DNA of 64,000 bases from the human T2T-CHM13v2.0 reference genome, Homo sapiens (GCF_009914755.1 NC_060925.1), one strand, 5' to 3'. Shown: positions 30,411-44,750, counted from the first letter of the stretch. Program-made: numbers and translations. The notes: a model not told the origin generated them from the sequence alone.

Positions 30411-31457
30411 GGAGCTCTTAGAAATGACACAAAAAACATGATCCACATAACCAAAGAAAAAATTGGTAAATTGGACTTCAAAATCTATAAAACTTTTGCT
30501 GTGCCAAAGACACTAAGAAGATCATTAAGAGGCAAGCTATAGACAGGAAAATATTTTCAAACCACGTGTCTGACATAGGATTTGTATCCAGAATGTATAA
30601 AGAACTCTCAAAATGCAATAATAAGAAACAGGTAAAGGACTTGAACAGATACTTCAACAAAGAGGATAAGAGAGGTCAAGTAAACACATAAGAAGATGTT
30701 CAACATCAATAGTCATTAGGGGTATGCAAAATAAAACCATGATGAGATAATACTACATACCTGTAGAATGGCTAAAATAAAAAATATTAACAATACCAAG
30801 TGCTGGTGAGGATGAGGAACATTTGGAAGGCTCATAAATTTCTGCTGGGAATGCAAAATGGCACAGCCATTATGGAAAGCGATTTGACAGTTTCTCATGA
30901 AGTTAAATATACACATACCATCTATACCAGCAACCCTACCCTTGGGCATTTACCCTAGAGAAGTGAAAACTTATGTTGACACAAAAACCTGTACCCAAAT
31001 GTTCATAGCAGCTTTTTCTGTGCTAGCCAAAAGCTGGAAACAACTCAAATGCCCTTCATTGGGTAAATGGATAAACAAACTGTGGTACATCCACACCACA
31101 GAAAACTACTCAGCAGTAAAAAAGGAAAGAATTATTGATTAAACTCAACTGCTTGGCTGAATCTTAAAGACATTATGCTGAATGAAAGAAAAGCCAATTG
31201 CAAAAGGTTACATACTGCGTGCTTCCATTTACTTGACATTCTTAAGAAGACCAAACTCTGATGGTGGAAATCAGATGAGTGTTGCTAGAGATGAGTGGTT
31301 GGAGTAAGGTGGAATGCCAAATGGATAGTTCAGAGAAAAAGTTTTGGGGTGATGGAACTGTTCTGTACTCTGTGGTCATAGTTACACAGATTTATTACAT
31401 GTGTTAAAATTCATAGAACTGAACACTCAAAGATAGAAAAGTTAATTTTGCTGTATA
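30411..31457 (+). mobile_element. L1M (MB/MC-type) ORF2 end and 3'UTR
   Basis: ggacttgaacagatacttc, gcatttaccctagagaagtgaaaacttatg, ggataaacaaactgtggtacatcca. Confidence 0.85.
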
Positions 31458-32469
31458 GTTTTTTTTGTTTATTTATTTATTATTATTATACTTAAAGTTT
31501 TAGGGTACATGTGTACAATGTGCAGGTTAGTTACATATGTATACATGTGCCATGCTGGTGCGCTGCACCCACTAACTCGTCATCTAGCATTAGGTATATC
31601 TCCCAATGCTATCCCTCCCCCCTCCCCCGACCCCACAACAGTCCCCAGAGTGTGATGTTCCCCTTCCTGTGTCCATGTGTTCTCATTGTTCAATTCCCAC
31701 CTATGAGTGAGAATATGCGGTGTTTGGTTTTTTTGTTCTTGTGATAGTTTACTGAGAATGATGATTTCCAATTTCATCCATGTCCCTACAAAGGACATGA
31801 ACTCATCATTTTTTATGGCTGCATAGTATTCCATGGCGTATATGTGCCACATTTTCTTAATCCAGTCTATCATTGTTGGACATTTGGGTTGGTTCCAAGT
31901 CTTTGCTATTGTGAATAATGCCACAATAAACATACGTGTGCATGTGAAACTACCATGAGAGTGAACAGGCAACCTACAAAATGTGAGAAAATTTTCACAA
32001 CCTACTCATCTGACAAAGGGCTAATATCCAGACTCTACAATGAACTCAAACAAATTTACAAGAAAAAAACAAACAACCCCATCAAAAAGTGGGCGAAGGA
32101 CATGAACAGACACTTCTCAAAAGAAGACATTTATGCAGCCAAAAAACACATGAAAAAATGCTCACCATCACTGGCCATCAGAGAAATGCAAATCAAAACC
32201 ACAATGAGATACCATCTCACACCAGTTAGAATGGCAATCATTAAAAAGTCAGGAAACAACAGGTGCTGGAGAGGATGTGGAGAAATAGGAACACTTTTAC
32301 ACTGTTGGTGGGACTGTAAACTAGTTCAACCATTGTGGAAGTCAGTGTGGCGATTCCTCAGGGATCTAGAACTAGAAATACCATTTGACCCAGCCATCCC
32401 ATTACTGGGTATATACCCAAAGGACTATAAATCATACTGCTATAAAGACACATGCACATGTATGTTTAC
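31458..32469 (-). mobile_element. 5'-truncated, 5'-inverted (twin-primed) L1PA2
   Basis: Poly(T) and L1 3' end on the minus strand 31459-31946 (ggtatatctccc, GAG-type); ORF2 segment on the plus strand 31946-32472; TSD tgctgtata(g/a)ttttt at 31449 and 32470. Confidence 0.93.
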
Positions 32470-33929
32470 TGCTGTATAATTTTTTAAATTTTATTTTGTA
32501 AATTTTTCAAATTTCATTTGCGGCTAGTATTATATACCTATCGGACCATGCTGGTCTAGCTCCATTTTTAGAATGTCCTGTTTGCTTGACTTAAATCCGA
32601 GCAGGAACTTTCATCCTGACACCTGCTCCCCTTCTATCTCTGCACTTTTCACAATGGCAATATAATTTCTTGTTGAGTTGTCCATCCCCAGTACTGGACT
32701 GTGGGCACTCTGTGGACAGGAATATGTTCTGTCTTATCTCTGTGCTCAGTCAGTGAGACAGAATAGGGCTTAGTCATATTTGTTGAATGAATCAATGAAT
32801 CAATCAATCAACAGAATACACATTTGAACATTTGGAAAAGTAAGATAAAATATTAAATGTGCTGCTTTTTGAACCCCTCTCATCCTCATCCTGATGAGGG
32901 TGAGATCACAGGGTCCCAGGCTTGGCCCAGGATCCTTAAGAGCTGAGGCTGGGGGTGAGAGTGGGCCTGCCCAGCCTTCAGCCATAGGGCACAGGGGAAA
33001 GGGGAATCCATGTCCAAGTCCAAGGCAAAGGCAGCCAGAAAGCTCACCAACGAGGTGCAAGAGAAGCTGTAATGGAACCTGGAGCCATGGAGGAGCCAGT
33101 GAGAGGAGGCAAGATGGTCACACAGCACTGGAAGGCAGGGTCTGGGAGCGAAACCTTCAGGGAGGGAAGGGGTCTTTAGTCCACATCATCAGCCAGCATT
33201 ACTAATCCCACCGTTTATTATTCTTTGGGAGGTTGATATACCAAAGCAAATGGGGGAAATGTAATGTGTGCTGTCACAGATACAAAGTGGCCATGTTTTC
33301 AGCCTGGCACATTTTCCAAGGCAAATGAAAATTGTTATGAAAACAATTTATACCCAGCAGACATGGATGATTGCCCATGATGACCTTTTGCCAGAGAAAA
33401 TGAGTATGATAAAGAAAAAATGTGAGCTCATTAGGATAAATTAGAAAAAGCAAATGATTGCTCTTAAATTATGGAAATTCCAAGACTGGTGACTCTCTCT
33501 GTCCTTTTAGGACATAAAAACAATAAAACATAAAAAGAAATTGTTTATTCAGAAAAAAAGTGTTATAGAATTTGTGTGAATAGATGCAGTTTTGTTTCTT
33601 GGGAGGTTTTAGAATAGAGGTTTTTAGTAAACTAAATGAAATTTAATTGACTTATTAACTGTGCTGTGAATTCCTCCATAAATCTAGTAACAACTAAAGG
33701 AAGAAGGAAAAAGCATTGAGAGGGGGCAAAATTTACTTCACTTTCTATAAATGCTATCAAGGAATATTTCCACCACTGCAACATGATAGAATTTGGGGCA
33801 TAATGTTGGTGCTTCCACTAAAAAAAAAATAATAAAAGGGATTTGCAGAGTTGCAGATGTAAGGTGAGGGAACAGAGGGGTAAAGACATCACTCAGGAAA
33901 GCTATAACATCCTCCTACTTCCCTGATAG

Positions 33930-34140
33930 TCACCCACAGGCATATAGAGCTTTACAGTTTCTAAAACTGCATTTTCATATACATGATCTCCTCTATTCTC
34001 ACAGCAACCCCTTTTATTCATGTATGCCCTCATTGCACAAGTGAGGAAAGTGAGATTGGGCAAAATTAAGTGGTTCATCAGGTAGTAAAAGCTACAGGCA
34101 GGATGAGAATCCAAGACTATCCATGCTCTCCCAAGCAATC
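33930..34140 (-). mobile_element. MIR
   Basis: gagctttacagtt..ctcacagcaacccc..gtgaggaaagtgaga. Confidence 0.6.
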
Positions 34141-34319
34141 TTTTGCCCCCACTCTATCTTAGGTATCCTTGATGCATCAGAACTAGAGTTACAGGATTCA
34201 TGTATTTCTCTGCAGGAAAAAGCAGGTGGGCGGCAAGGGACAGAAGGAGGGGAGGAAAAGAAGCCTTTTCCATTCAAATCCATCAGGGCTCTTAAAACAG
34301 TACTCAGCAAAGAAATATG

Positions 34320-34720
34320 TATTGGAAAGGATGGCCTAACTCCCACATCAGACAACTCCAAAATCTCAGTGTTTAAATACCAGGAAGGTTTATTTCTCTT
34401 TCACGATAGTGTTCAGTGCAGGTCTGTGGGTGGGACTCTGCTCCATGCAATCATTCAGGGACTCAAGCTCCTTTCATCTAGTTACTCCATCGTCTCTTAG
34501 GGACTCAGAGTCCTCCACTCGATTGCTGAAATAGCCAGAAAACAAGGGAGAAGGGGAACATAAAGGGTCTCTTGAGGGGCCAAGCCCAGAAGAGGTAGAG
34601 TCACTTCTGCCCATGTTCATCAGCATGAGTCACATGGTCCTACATGCCAGGGAAATATAGGGTGTCATGGAAGGAGGGGAAAACGCTGATGCTGATGCTG
34701 ATGGAGAATTCGAAGTCTTG
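34320..34720 (-). mobile_element. MLT1J/I-like LTR
   Basis: caaaatctcagtg..gtttatttctc..ctctgctccatgcaatcattcagggactcaagct..tcacttctgcccat. Confidence 0.6.
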
Positions 34721-35479
34721 CCATAAATTTTTTAAGTGCTTCTTTGAGTATGAATTATTTTCCCAAGTGCCTTGGAAGAATATTTCTGTCAGCCCCTAGC
34801 CAGCCCCCCATACCTGTGGTTATTCCCCAAGTGGGACCACCTGACTACACAGGGCTAGACATAGAACTTTTATTTTTTCAAGTTAGAGGAAGTGGACCTT
34901 TCAGGCTTATAGAGCAAAATCTCTCTATATATTTTCTTCCAACATAGCTGAGTAAAAGGGCAAACAGAAATTTGAAAGCAATGATTGCTTCCTTTGTGGG
35001 GGAGAAGGATACCCACTGAGTTGGGAACATATATGAATTCTGATTTGCAATCATTTCCACTATTTATGAGGTCACTGGACTTACTCCTGCTGAGTCCAAT
35101 TTACAAAGAGCTTTGGTTGGATCAGGGAAAGGAATATTAGAATCCTGTTGACTTGGTGATGGCCAGAGTACTATGGATACCAAATGCAAGAAAAGTATCA
35201 ATAAACTTCAAGGAAGCAAAATCCTCAACATCAGCTCTGACATGCCACATCCGAAAGTGTACAAAGATATACGTTTCCAGGGAAACTATTGATGTTGGGT
35301 GCACCAACATTGCTATTTGACTACACACCCCAGAAGCAAGTGGGGGGATTTTCCAAATAAAAAACTTGTTAGAAAAACATCCAAAATGCCTAAGATAAGC
35401 AAAAGAGTTTTCCTTACATCATCAGCATATTCCACTCCCAAGGCAATTGTAGGATGCTGATGCTGTCTGATCATTGGTG

Positions 35480-36385
35480 TCTCTGCTTCTTACCCCTCTC
35501 TCAAGTTCTAACCCAAAATATCCAACATTCTCCTAAATGTCCCATAGGCACATCTATTTCAGCATATTCACATCCGAACTCATCCTCACCAACCCAGCCC
35601 CATCCCCCATGGCTGCTCCATCACCTTCCTCACCCTCTCAATAAACGATGCCACCACCACATGATCACCTGAGCCACTGACCTAAGAATGAAAAATGCCT
35701 TCCTCTCCTTCAACACTGCTCCAGTCAAGTTCAGCCAATTCCACCTCCTACATGTGTCTCAAATCTGTTCTCTCTTCTCTATCCCCACTGCCACAGTCTT
35801 CCTGGGTGAGAGTACTCTCTCCAAGCTGGATTTTCTAACGGGAAACTGCCATTCCACCCCACCCACCCTACTGCTCAGCAGCAACCACTCAGTGTGTTAG
35901 TAAGGCTGCTTCTCATTCTGTCCTCTGAAGCCTCACAGGTACAATCTCCCAGTCATTCTTCCCTAAGTCCACTCATCCTGTGCTTTTGCAACAGCAGGTG
36001 ACTTGCAGTTCTCCTTTCTCCTGACTTTGATAGTTGCTATTGTCTCTGCTTCAAATGCTGCCCCATTTCCCCACCCTTCCTCTATGTAGCTAACACCCAT
36101 CTGTCCTTCGGTACTGAGGTCAGCTCACTTGGAAGCCTCGCTTGACCCCCCAGACTCATGTACAACCTGCTCTTCTGAAGCTCGTCAGTTCTGTGCTTGC
36201 CTCTATGATAGCTCTTGGGATGCATGGGGTCACCAGTGACCTTCTTCCTTCCCACCACCCTCCCCATACCATAATCTGTTAGCTCCTTGAAGCCAGAGAC
36301 ACTGTTGTCTCAGCTCTCTGGTCACCAGCACAATGTCTAGGAAAAAAGGAGTCACTCGGTAAATGCTTAGTTGCTGAAGGAGCAC
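35480..36385 (+). mobile_element. L2 fragments
   Basis: ccaattccacctcctacat, ttctctatccccactgccac, agctccttgaagccagagac..aaatgcttagttg. Confidence 0.6.
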
Positions 36386-38109
36386 ATGAATTTGTAAATA
36401 AATTACGTAGAAGCATAAAACCCTGTTCAAATGGATTCATCCATCATGTGAGAAGGGAGGGTGAGAAGTCAATCTTGAGGCATGGACCTCTCAGATGAAT
36501 CAAACAATCGGGACAATTCAGAGTCACCACGTGCCCAAGAGATGTGGATTATCAGAGAAATAAAACATAGTCACTCAGTCCACAAACCAAACACTCAGTC
36601 ACGCTTCGAGTACAACGCTTTGAAAAAGATTCTGTGAAAATACAAAGCAGATGTTGTCACTGGTGCCATAGTCAAACAGGATAAACCCGGAGGGGAAAAC
36701 AAAATCCTTTGTGGAAACGTCTCTTGTAGTTGGGTTTGCTTAATACCAAGGATCAGAGACTCACACAAACTGGGGTGAATAAAAAGGTGATGTGCGGTTT
36801 GTTTGTTTGTTTGTTTGTTGTTATTGTTTCTAATGATGACAAAGTAAGGATATGCAAAAACGAGAAACACAGCTCTGGACAGAGGCCACATAGATGCAGA
36901 AGCAGCTCTGCCGCTTTCCAGCTGTGACACCAAGTGAGCCTTGTGTCCTCTAGTCTACAGTGGGGTGAGACTAGAACCTACCATAGTGTTGTCATGAGCA
37001 TGATAGAAGATTATGCAGGTAAAGGCTTAGCATGTTTGTGGCACATAAATTTTATTTTTATTCAAGAGAATGTTCTAGAACTCTCTCGGAGGAAAGACAG
37101 TGAGGACTCCCAGGAGCTGGTATCTCTCCATCTCACCTTGTTGGCAGCTCTGCGCCATTTACCTCCCTGCCCAAGCTGGCTCCTTCTATTCACAGTGTCT
37201 GCTCCCTCACATGTCAGCTTGTTCAGGGCTCTGACCCTCCTAGGTTTCCCAGCTCAGCAGCCCAGGCAGGTTCATTCTCCCTGAGCATGAATACTTTATT
37301 CCTGGGAGAAAGACAATGCTTGAAACAGCTAGAGATCAAGTGTACATACCAGGGCCAACCAGCTGTGGCCGAGGGAGAGGAAGAAGAAGGAGAGGTGAAA
37401 GAACTCTTCTTATCTCTCATTACCATAAGTTTTAGGTTATCTTTCATTGCCATGAGTTTTAGGATCAAACAAGCCTGGGTTTGAATGCCAACCCCACCAT
37501 TTATTAACTGGGTGAGCTTGGGCACACTATTTAACTTCTTTGAGTCTTCAAGTCCTATTGTTAAGTGAAGATAATCCTGTATCTTTTCACTTGTAGCATT
37601 CTAAAATTGGGATGTGTCTTACAATTGATGCATGTATTTAATGTGATAGTGTCCCCCACCTCCCAAAAAATTAATAAACGCATGGTGTGTCTTAGAATCA
37701 AGGAATTATATAACCAAGACCAGCTGCATAGGATGATGATGCAGACTGTATGAGCCGATGCAAGTAAATGCTTAACAAAGTGTCTGGCATATAGAGAAAT
37801 CTCAGTGAAAGACCTCCATGTTATTACACACAGGGCACTAAGACCCTCTCCTAGTAAGCAGAAGCCTGAGTAGAAGAGGCTACTTTTGCAAGTGTATGTG
37901 TCCAGGAAGGTGGTGACTGGCATCTCTAACACAGTATCAACCAGGAAGAAATCCAGTAGCTTGAGAATTAGCTAAGAAGTAACTACGAATTCATGTATAA
38001 AGCCTGCTGGAAGCAGGATGTGCTAAGAACACTGGGGCTAACAGAGCAGTGCTGGAAACTAGCCTAAAGAGAACTTGACTCATTGTGTGACCTTGGATAA
38101 GTGCCTTGG

Positions 38110-38574
38110 TTGTTCATGTGCTTCAAGAGCTGGGATAAGAAAGCTAAAGTAGGCTGGGCACGATGGCTCACACCTGTAATTCCAGCACTTCGGGAGGCCA
38201 CTGCAGGCAAATCAGGATTTCGAGACCAGCCTGGCCAAAATGGCAAAACCCTGTCTCTACTAAAAAAAATACAAAAATTAGCTGGGTGTGGTGGCACACA
38301 CCTGTAGTCCTAACCACTCGGGAGGCTGAGGAATGAGAATCGCTTGAACTGGAAGGCAGAGGTTGCAGTAAGCTAAGATCGCACCACTACACTCCAGCCT
38401 GGGTGATGGAGTGAGACTTTGTCTCAAAAAACAATAAAAGGAAAGCTAAAGTAACATTACCTACAATGGCAAATGCTGATATGAAAATGTGTTCATTTTT
38501 GGCACTGCTTATTTTGATAAATGCAGCTGGACCAATGAACAGTGAGCAATATTGGGAATGTGCGAGCCAACAGG
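38110..38574 (+). repeat. Copy A of a ~190-bp local duplication (interrupted by an Alu)
   Basis: ttgttcatgtgct(t/c)caagagctgggataaga...caatggcaaatgctgatatgaaa...gataaatgcagctggaccaatga...gagccaa(c/t)agg recurs at 39270-39461. Confidence 0.9.
38152..38440 (+). mobile_element. AluS
   Basis: Dimer with perfect TSD gaaagctaaagta. Confidence 0.92.
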
Positions 38575-39269
38575 TTCCCCTAGAAGCAGGCCCAGGAAAG
38601 AAATGTGAGTGCATGTGGTTTATCTGGGAGACGAAGGAAACACTGGCAGACAACTGGGGAAAATAGAGCAGGTGCATTATTGTGCCAGTTGCAGCAGGCA
38701 ACAGAGCCTCCTTCCACTAAGGAAACTCAGTGGTCAAAGCAGACATGTACCCAGAGTTATCCCATCCCCAGCGAGCAAGGAGACGGGGGCATTTATTTAG
38801 TATTTCCATTCTTTGACATAACCATATCTCTTCAAGCTCAATATGTTAGTCTAGGTCCAATCAGGAAAGAAAAAACACACAGTAATTTGAACAGAGAAAG
38901 CTTAATATGAGAATTAGTAACCATAACAGGATTTGTTAAGGATAAGTAAAAATATAACAGGATTAGCAAAAGATAAGTAAAAAGAACTCTAAAGAACACA
39001 GGAATAGCACAAATAAGGATCAGCCACTACTTCCCCAAGGGCTGAGATAGAGCATCTAAAGAAGAGCTCCCAACCCTCGTGCTGAGATCCAGACCTTGTT
39101 GGGGAGGGTCTAGGTGGGTTCCATGCAGAGGCAGAAGGAATGGGCTGCTTTCCAACTCTGTGCTATGTTTTGGACCTAGAACTTCAAAGTGCATAACAAT
39201 AATTTTCTTAAAATTGTGTTCATGATTATCTTGCCATGGAACACAAAAAGAGAAAAGTGAATACTGGGC

Positions 39270-39461
39270 TTGTTCATGTGCTCCAAGAGCTGGGATAAGA
39301 AGGCTCAAGTAACTTTACCCACAATGGCAAATGCTGATATGAAAGCATGTTCATTTCTGGCATTGCTATACTTTGATGTACTAAGATAAATGCAGCTGGA
39401 CCAATGAGCGGTAAGCTCTCACTTCTGCTAAAGCAACATTGGGAGTGTGTGAGCCAATAGG
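39270..39461 (+). repeat. Copy B of the ~190-bp local duplication
   Basis: Same blocks as 38110-38151 plus 38454-38574, with two extra short segments. Confidence 0.9.
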
Positions 39462-40245
39462 AGATAAACCGCCCCTTTTAATGTAGCCATGTTGGAAGAG
39501 GTGACCCTTGAGGAACCAGTGCCCACGTCTGACTTCAAGAGCAAGGGAATACTTCAAATGAAATGAGACCTGGACATAGGCCAGAACATAGGATGCATGA
39601 GTGGCCTGCTCATTTAGGTGACATTTTAAGACTCAATTCAATTGATCAGTATTAAGAGTAAGTCATCTCCCTTTGCCTCACATTTCCGACTCAGCTCAGA
39701 AGGGGACTCATCTAGCAACACTCCACCTCCTCTCTACATCCCTGCACTTAATTCTCTTGATGTGGCAGAGATGGTTGACCTGACTGCCAAGCCTAGACAT
39801 TCACTGGACCACATTTTATTAGTGGGGACAGTTTCTACATTTAATGGCAAGAAGTAGGACATCCTCTTCCCCTTGCACAGTGGGCTCTTTTCTGCTTCCT
39901 GGGCAGGAGAAGCTCTTCTCTAAGCTCTCTCTATTCTACCCATGACTGAGGGAATGAAGCAGAGTCCTCATGACCCCTGTTGGCTGCAGAAATAGAGGGG
40001 CGGGGGGATCCTGCTTTATGCTCTACCACGTAGGTCTGTTTGTTCCTAAGGCTCAGTCACGTGTCTCTTTTTTGGATTTCAAAAAACATCTCAATGTCCA
40101 TATGATAAACCCTCATTGTTTGCTAGCCCCAACAGAGTTCATGAGACTTGCATTGGTCCTAATTAACATAAAGAAAACAAGAAATGAGCAACCTCAGCAC
40201 AAACAGACCAATGATAAGAAGACCCTGCTTCTGATAAAAGAAAAA

Positions 40246-40311
40246 GGAGCTGGGGATGGGGCAGGGCAGCTCACTGGGGTCGTCCAGCAGGTCTGAGCAA
40301 TCATATGGCCT
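40246..40311 (+). repeat. 66-bp dispersed direct repeat, copy 1
   Basis: ggagctggggatggggcagggcagctcactggggtcgtccagcaggtctgagcaatcatatggcct recurs at 43034-43100. Confidence 0.92.
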
Positions 40312-41084
40312 TTTATCTTTCAGAGTTCCAGTCACAACCAGAGCCCGCTGGGATGCATATCTTACTTGGCTGGGGAACACTTCGAGACCTGCCTGAATTC
40401 TTGGCTCCCTGAATTAACAAATTCCTGAAGTCAGATGCCAAAAAGTAATTTAGCTGTGGTCCAAAAGCAGCCACCTTCATCTCAGAGGAAGGAAGCCTGC
40501 TCTTGAAAGTAGCTTCCCTAAGCTCAGGAATGGAAACTGGAAGGACAGGATATCAGCCCTGTCTTCCCATCACACCCCAGATAAACAGGCCTCTGCCCCA
40601 AGATGGTGCAGTTATGTTGCTTAATTCCATCAGCCCATTTGGGCAGGTTGGGATGAGACGTTTCTCAGCTGCCCTATTCCTCTTGCTAACTCTGAGGGAG
40701 GCTGCCTGTTAGCTCTCCCTCTAACTCTTCCTGCCCTAAAGGCACATGCTCACCCCCTGCACCATCCTGGTGTCCCTCTGCACTACACTCACCTTCTTCA
40801 GCATAAAAATGAAACCCCCCAAACTAGTTAATGTCCACTCAGCCTTCATGTTGAAAGTGACTTCCTGGTGAAGCTCTCTCTGACTCTCCCAACCTACACG
40901 GTTTCCCATCACATGTTCTCGTGGCTCCCTTTGCCTCTATTCTACAGCCAGTCACCACCTGTGATTGAATATTTGGGTGGATGACTGATGCCCACCTACC
41001 CCTCTGGACTGTTAGCTTCATAGTGACAGAGACGCGTCTGTTTTGCTCACTACTTATTTCACATACCTGAATTCAGGAGGCATG

Positions 41085-41804
<720 letters not shown>

Positions 41805-42794
41805 TTAAAGCTCTGCAATCAGACTGGCTGGGCTTGGACCCAGATCCGGGGGGGGGGAAAATGTGGAATAATAATGGTTGGAAGGACTAAATGAAAGCAT
41901 TTACAATAGCACTCAACACACAGTCGGTACTCAATAAATGTTTGTGAATATTAGTATTGTTGCCATTAGTCCTGTCCGTGTTGGCAGGATGGGTGAGGAG
42001 CATATGTAGACGCTGTTCAGTTGGGGTCACTGATGTATGTGTGTGTACTGGGGTGTTGGAACGTGGACACTGCCTCCATGAGTGCCATTCAAACAGAAGG
42101 CATGGAAAGGCACAGGCTCATATTTTGGAGAAAGGTCAGTTTATCAATCTTGCAGCTGGCCAGAGCATGTTCTCTCCAGGTCATGCTGACTTTGGAATTG
42201 CCTCTCATTGATATTTCATGGCCAGATAAGTGGCTGGGGATGAATTGCATCATGAGAATGTTGTCATCAAATTGTCACCTTAAGGTAAGCCATGTTGGGA
42301 ACAACGGGGTGAGAATACTTAAATGGATGTCTCTATGCCACCTGTGATCCTAGGTCAAAGTGAGAGAATGATGCCCATCAGTGAGGGCCACAGTGGTTTC
42401 CAAATGTGTTACAGTAACAGAGACCTTTTACCAGAAGAGCATCCTACAGAAGACCCAGGACATAAAACCAAAGGAGTGGAATAGCTTTGGTTGAACCAGG
42501 TGCTCAGGGCCTCATCTCTCAGCCCCACTCCCAGCCCTCAGGGTTCAACTGGACACTTCCAACACTGGAAGTGAAAATTCACGTTTGACTTCCTTTCCAT
42601 AGGACACGAGAGGGTGTCCTGTCAGCAGTGAGCTTCAAAACTCTCTGGAAAGGGACATGGTCCCTGCTGAGTGCACCTCTCATCCTCCCACAGCTTCTCT
42701 CTTCTCCTGTACGAGGCCCCGGGTGCTTCTCCACCCACCAGAGCTGATCTGGGGCTGTCCTGGGCTTTGGTAGAGATGGAGCCACATCCACAGT

Positions 42795-42980
42795 GGCCAG
42801 GCCAATTACTGCTTTGTTGCGTGTGACCTGTGCCGTCACACAGGGCCTGGCTCTTAGAAGGGCTTATTCTTAGTTTAATGCTCTGCTGTCATTGTCGTGA
42901 AATTCATACTGATTTTTAAACAAGGACTTCCACATTTTTATTTTGCTCTGAGCCCTGCTAATAATGTGGCTAGCCCAGAC
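42795..42980. mobile_element. MER91A-like (hAT-Tip100)
   Basis: gtgacctgtgccgtcacacagggcc..gtttaatgctctgctgtc..cattttta.ttttgctctgagccc. Confidence 0.7.
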
Positions 42981-43033
42981 ACTTTGTAGGCATGGTCTTT
43001 CCCTCTGAGCTTTTACCTTTCAAGCTGATTTGG

Positions 43034-43100
43034 GGAGCTGGGGATGGGGCAGGGGCAGCTCACTGGGGTCATCCAACAGGTCTGAGCAATCATATGGCCT
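43034..43100 (+). repeat. 67-bp dispersed direct repeat, copy 2
   Basis: Differs from 40246-40311 by one extra G and two G/A substitutions. Confidence 0.92.
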
Positions 43101-44277
43101 AAAGCAGACTCGTGGGCCTTGAAGACAGACAGATACTGTTCTTGGTTCCTAGGCCACCTACCAGCTATGTGAACACAGGCAAGTGACTTTTCCTCTCTCA
43201 GTCTTAGTTTTCTCATCGGTCAAATGGAGACAACATTCCCCTCTCCCCACACTGCTGTGGGATCCATTGGGATACCAGATGGCTCCCAGTGTTTTTGCCA
43301 CCACTGATTTCCTCTCCCTGTGCCTCATCCTCAAAGGTTTCCTTTAGAGATTCCTGGTGCCATCTATCACACTAGCCACTGCTCCAGGCTCTGCTTACCA
43401 ATGTGCAGACATACTAGGCTAAGCACACAAGCACAGGAGAGGAGGCTGCTTTCAGAAAGGCTTCCCTTCCAGCGGCTTCTTCCTGCTGGCCAGCCCATCC
43501 ACCACAAGATCAGAGTGACCTTTCAAAATCATGATGAATTTCCAGCTTCCTCCAGGGTTAAGGCTAAAGTCCTTGAGCACAGTATTCCAGTCTTATCAAG
43601 TTGAGCCTCACTTTCCTCTCCAACCTCATCTCCCTCCTATCGTCACCAGCACACAGCCTAGTGAACTTCTCAGGAAACATAACTCATTTTTTTCATACCC
43701 CCAGACTTTTGTTCATGCTGGTACTTTTCCTAAGACGCTCTCCCTGCAACTCTATCCTCAAAAACATTCTCCTTGAAGATGCAACCCCTCTCTGAAACAC
43801 TTCCTGCTTCTCCCTCCACTGCCCACTTTGTCCACTGTGCTCCCAGGGGGTCTTGCACTCCCCTCACTAGTAGCACTAGTCATCATGAGTCTTAAAGGAC
43901 TGTTTATGTATCTATTACCATGGAAACATGGTTCAGGGCATGGGCTCTGGAGACAAACTACCAAGATTCAAATCCCGGCTCCCCCAGTTCCCAGCTACAT
44001 GACTTCAGCAAGTTCCCTAACCAATCCATGCTTTGATTTCCTCATCTGCACTATGGGGATGGTAAGAGCACCCACTTCCTAGGGTTGCTGTGGAGAGTGG
44101 ATGAGTTCATAAACTCACAAGCACTCAGTAAATTTCAGTTATGGTGATTATCCCTCAATCAACATCCACACACCTCCAACTACATGCAGTCACTGTGCAA
44201 GAAGCTGGGGATAGGGGATACAGTGGGAGACAAGACATACATCATCGCTGCCCCCACTGAGTTCCCTGTCTTATAGT

Positions 44278-44750
44278 TGTGACAGTTTTCAAACAAATGG
44301 CCACAGATTCTTTGAATTCTTCCCATTGAGAGGTGGGAGCAATGTCCCTCTCCTTGAATCTGGGAGGTCCTGGGAGTGCTTCAACCAATAGAGTATCATA
44401 AGAGTGTTGCTATATAACTTCCAAGACTAGGTCATCAAAGGTCACACAGCTTCTGCCTGGTTCTCTTCATAAGCTCCTCCTGCACCATCCACCATGGGAG
44501 AAGTCCAACCACTTGGAGACCATCATGCTGGAGAGGCCATGCATCAGGGCTCCGCTAAACATCCCTGGCTGTGTTCCCAGCTGATAGCCAGCATCAACTG
44601 CCAGCCACATGAGGAAGCTTCTTGGGTGTCCAGCCTAGCCAAACCTTCAGGCAATGCCAGCCCCAGTTGAGAACTGATTGTGAGATTAAAACAGTTGTTG
44701 TTTTATGCCACTAAAATTCAAGGTAGAGGTGCAGCAATTGCTACTGCAAT
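44278..44750 (+). mobile_element. MLT1F/G/H-type LTR
   Basis: aaatggccacagattctttga..cccattgagaggtgg..ccagcatcaactgccagccacatgag. Confidence 0.75.

Noticed and set aside
31955-32479. 174-aa ORF with clear protein homology
   Set aside because: L1 ORF2p C-terminal fragment in the inverted part of a truncated L1; not a host gene
36595-36640. gcttcgagt B-box-like motif, possible tRNA remnant
   Set aside because: No A-box at appropriate spacing and no cloverleaf stems
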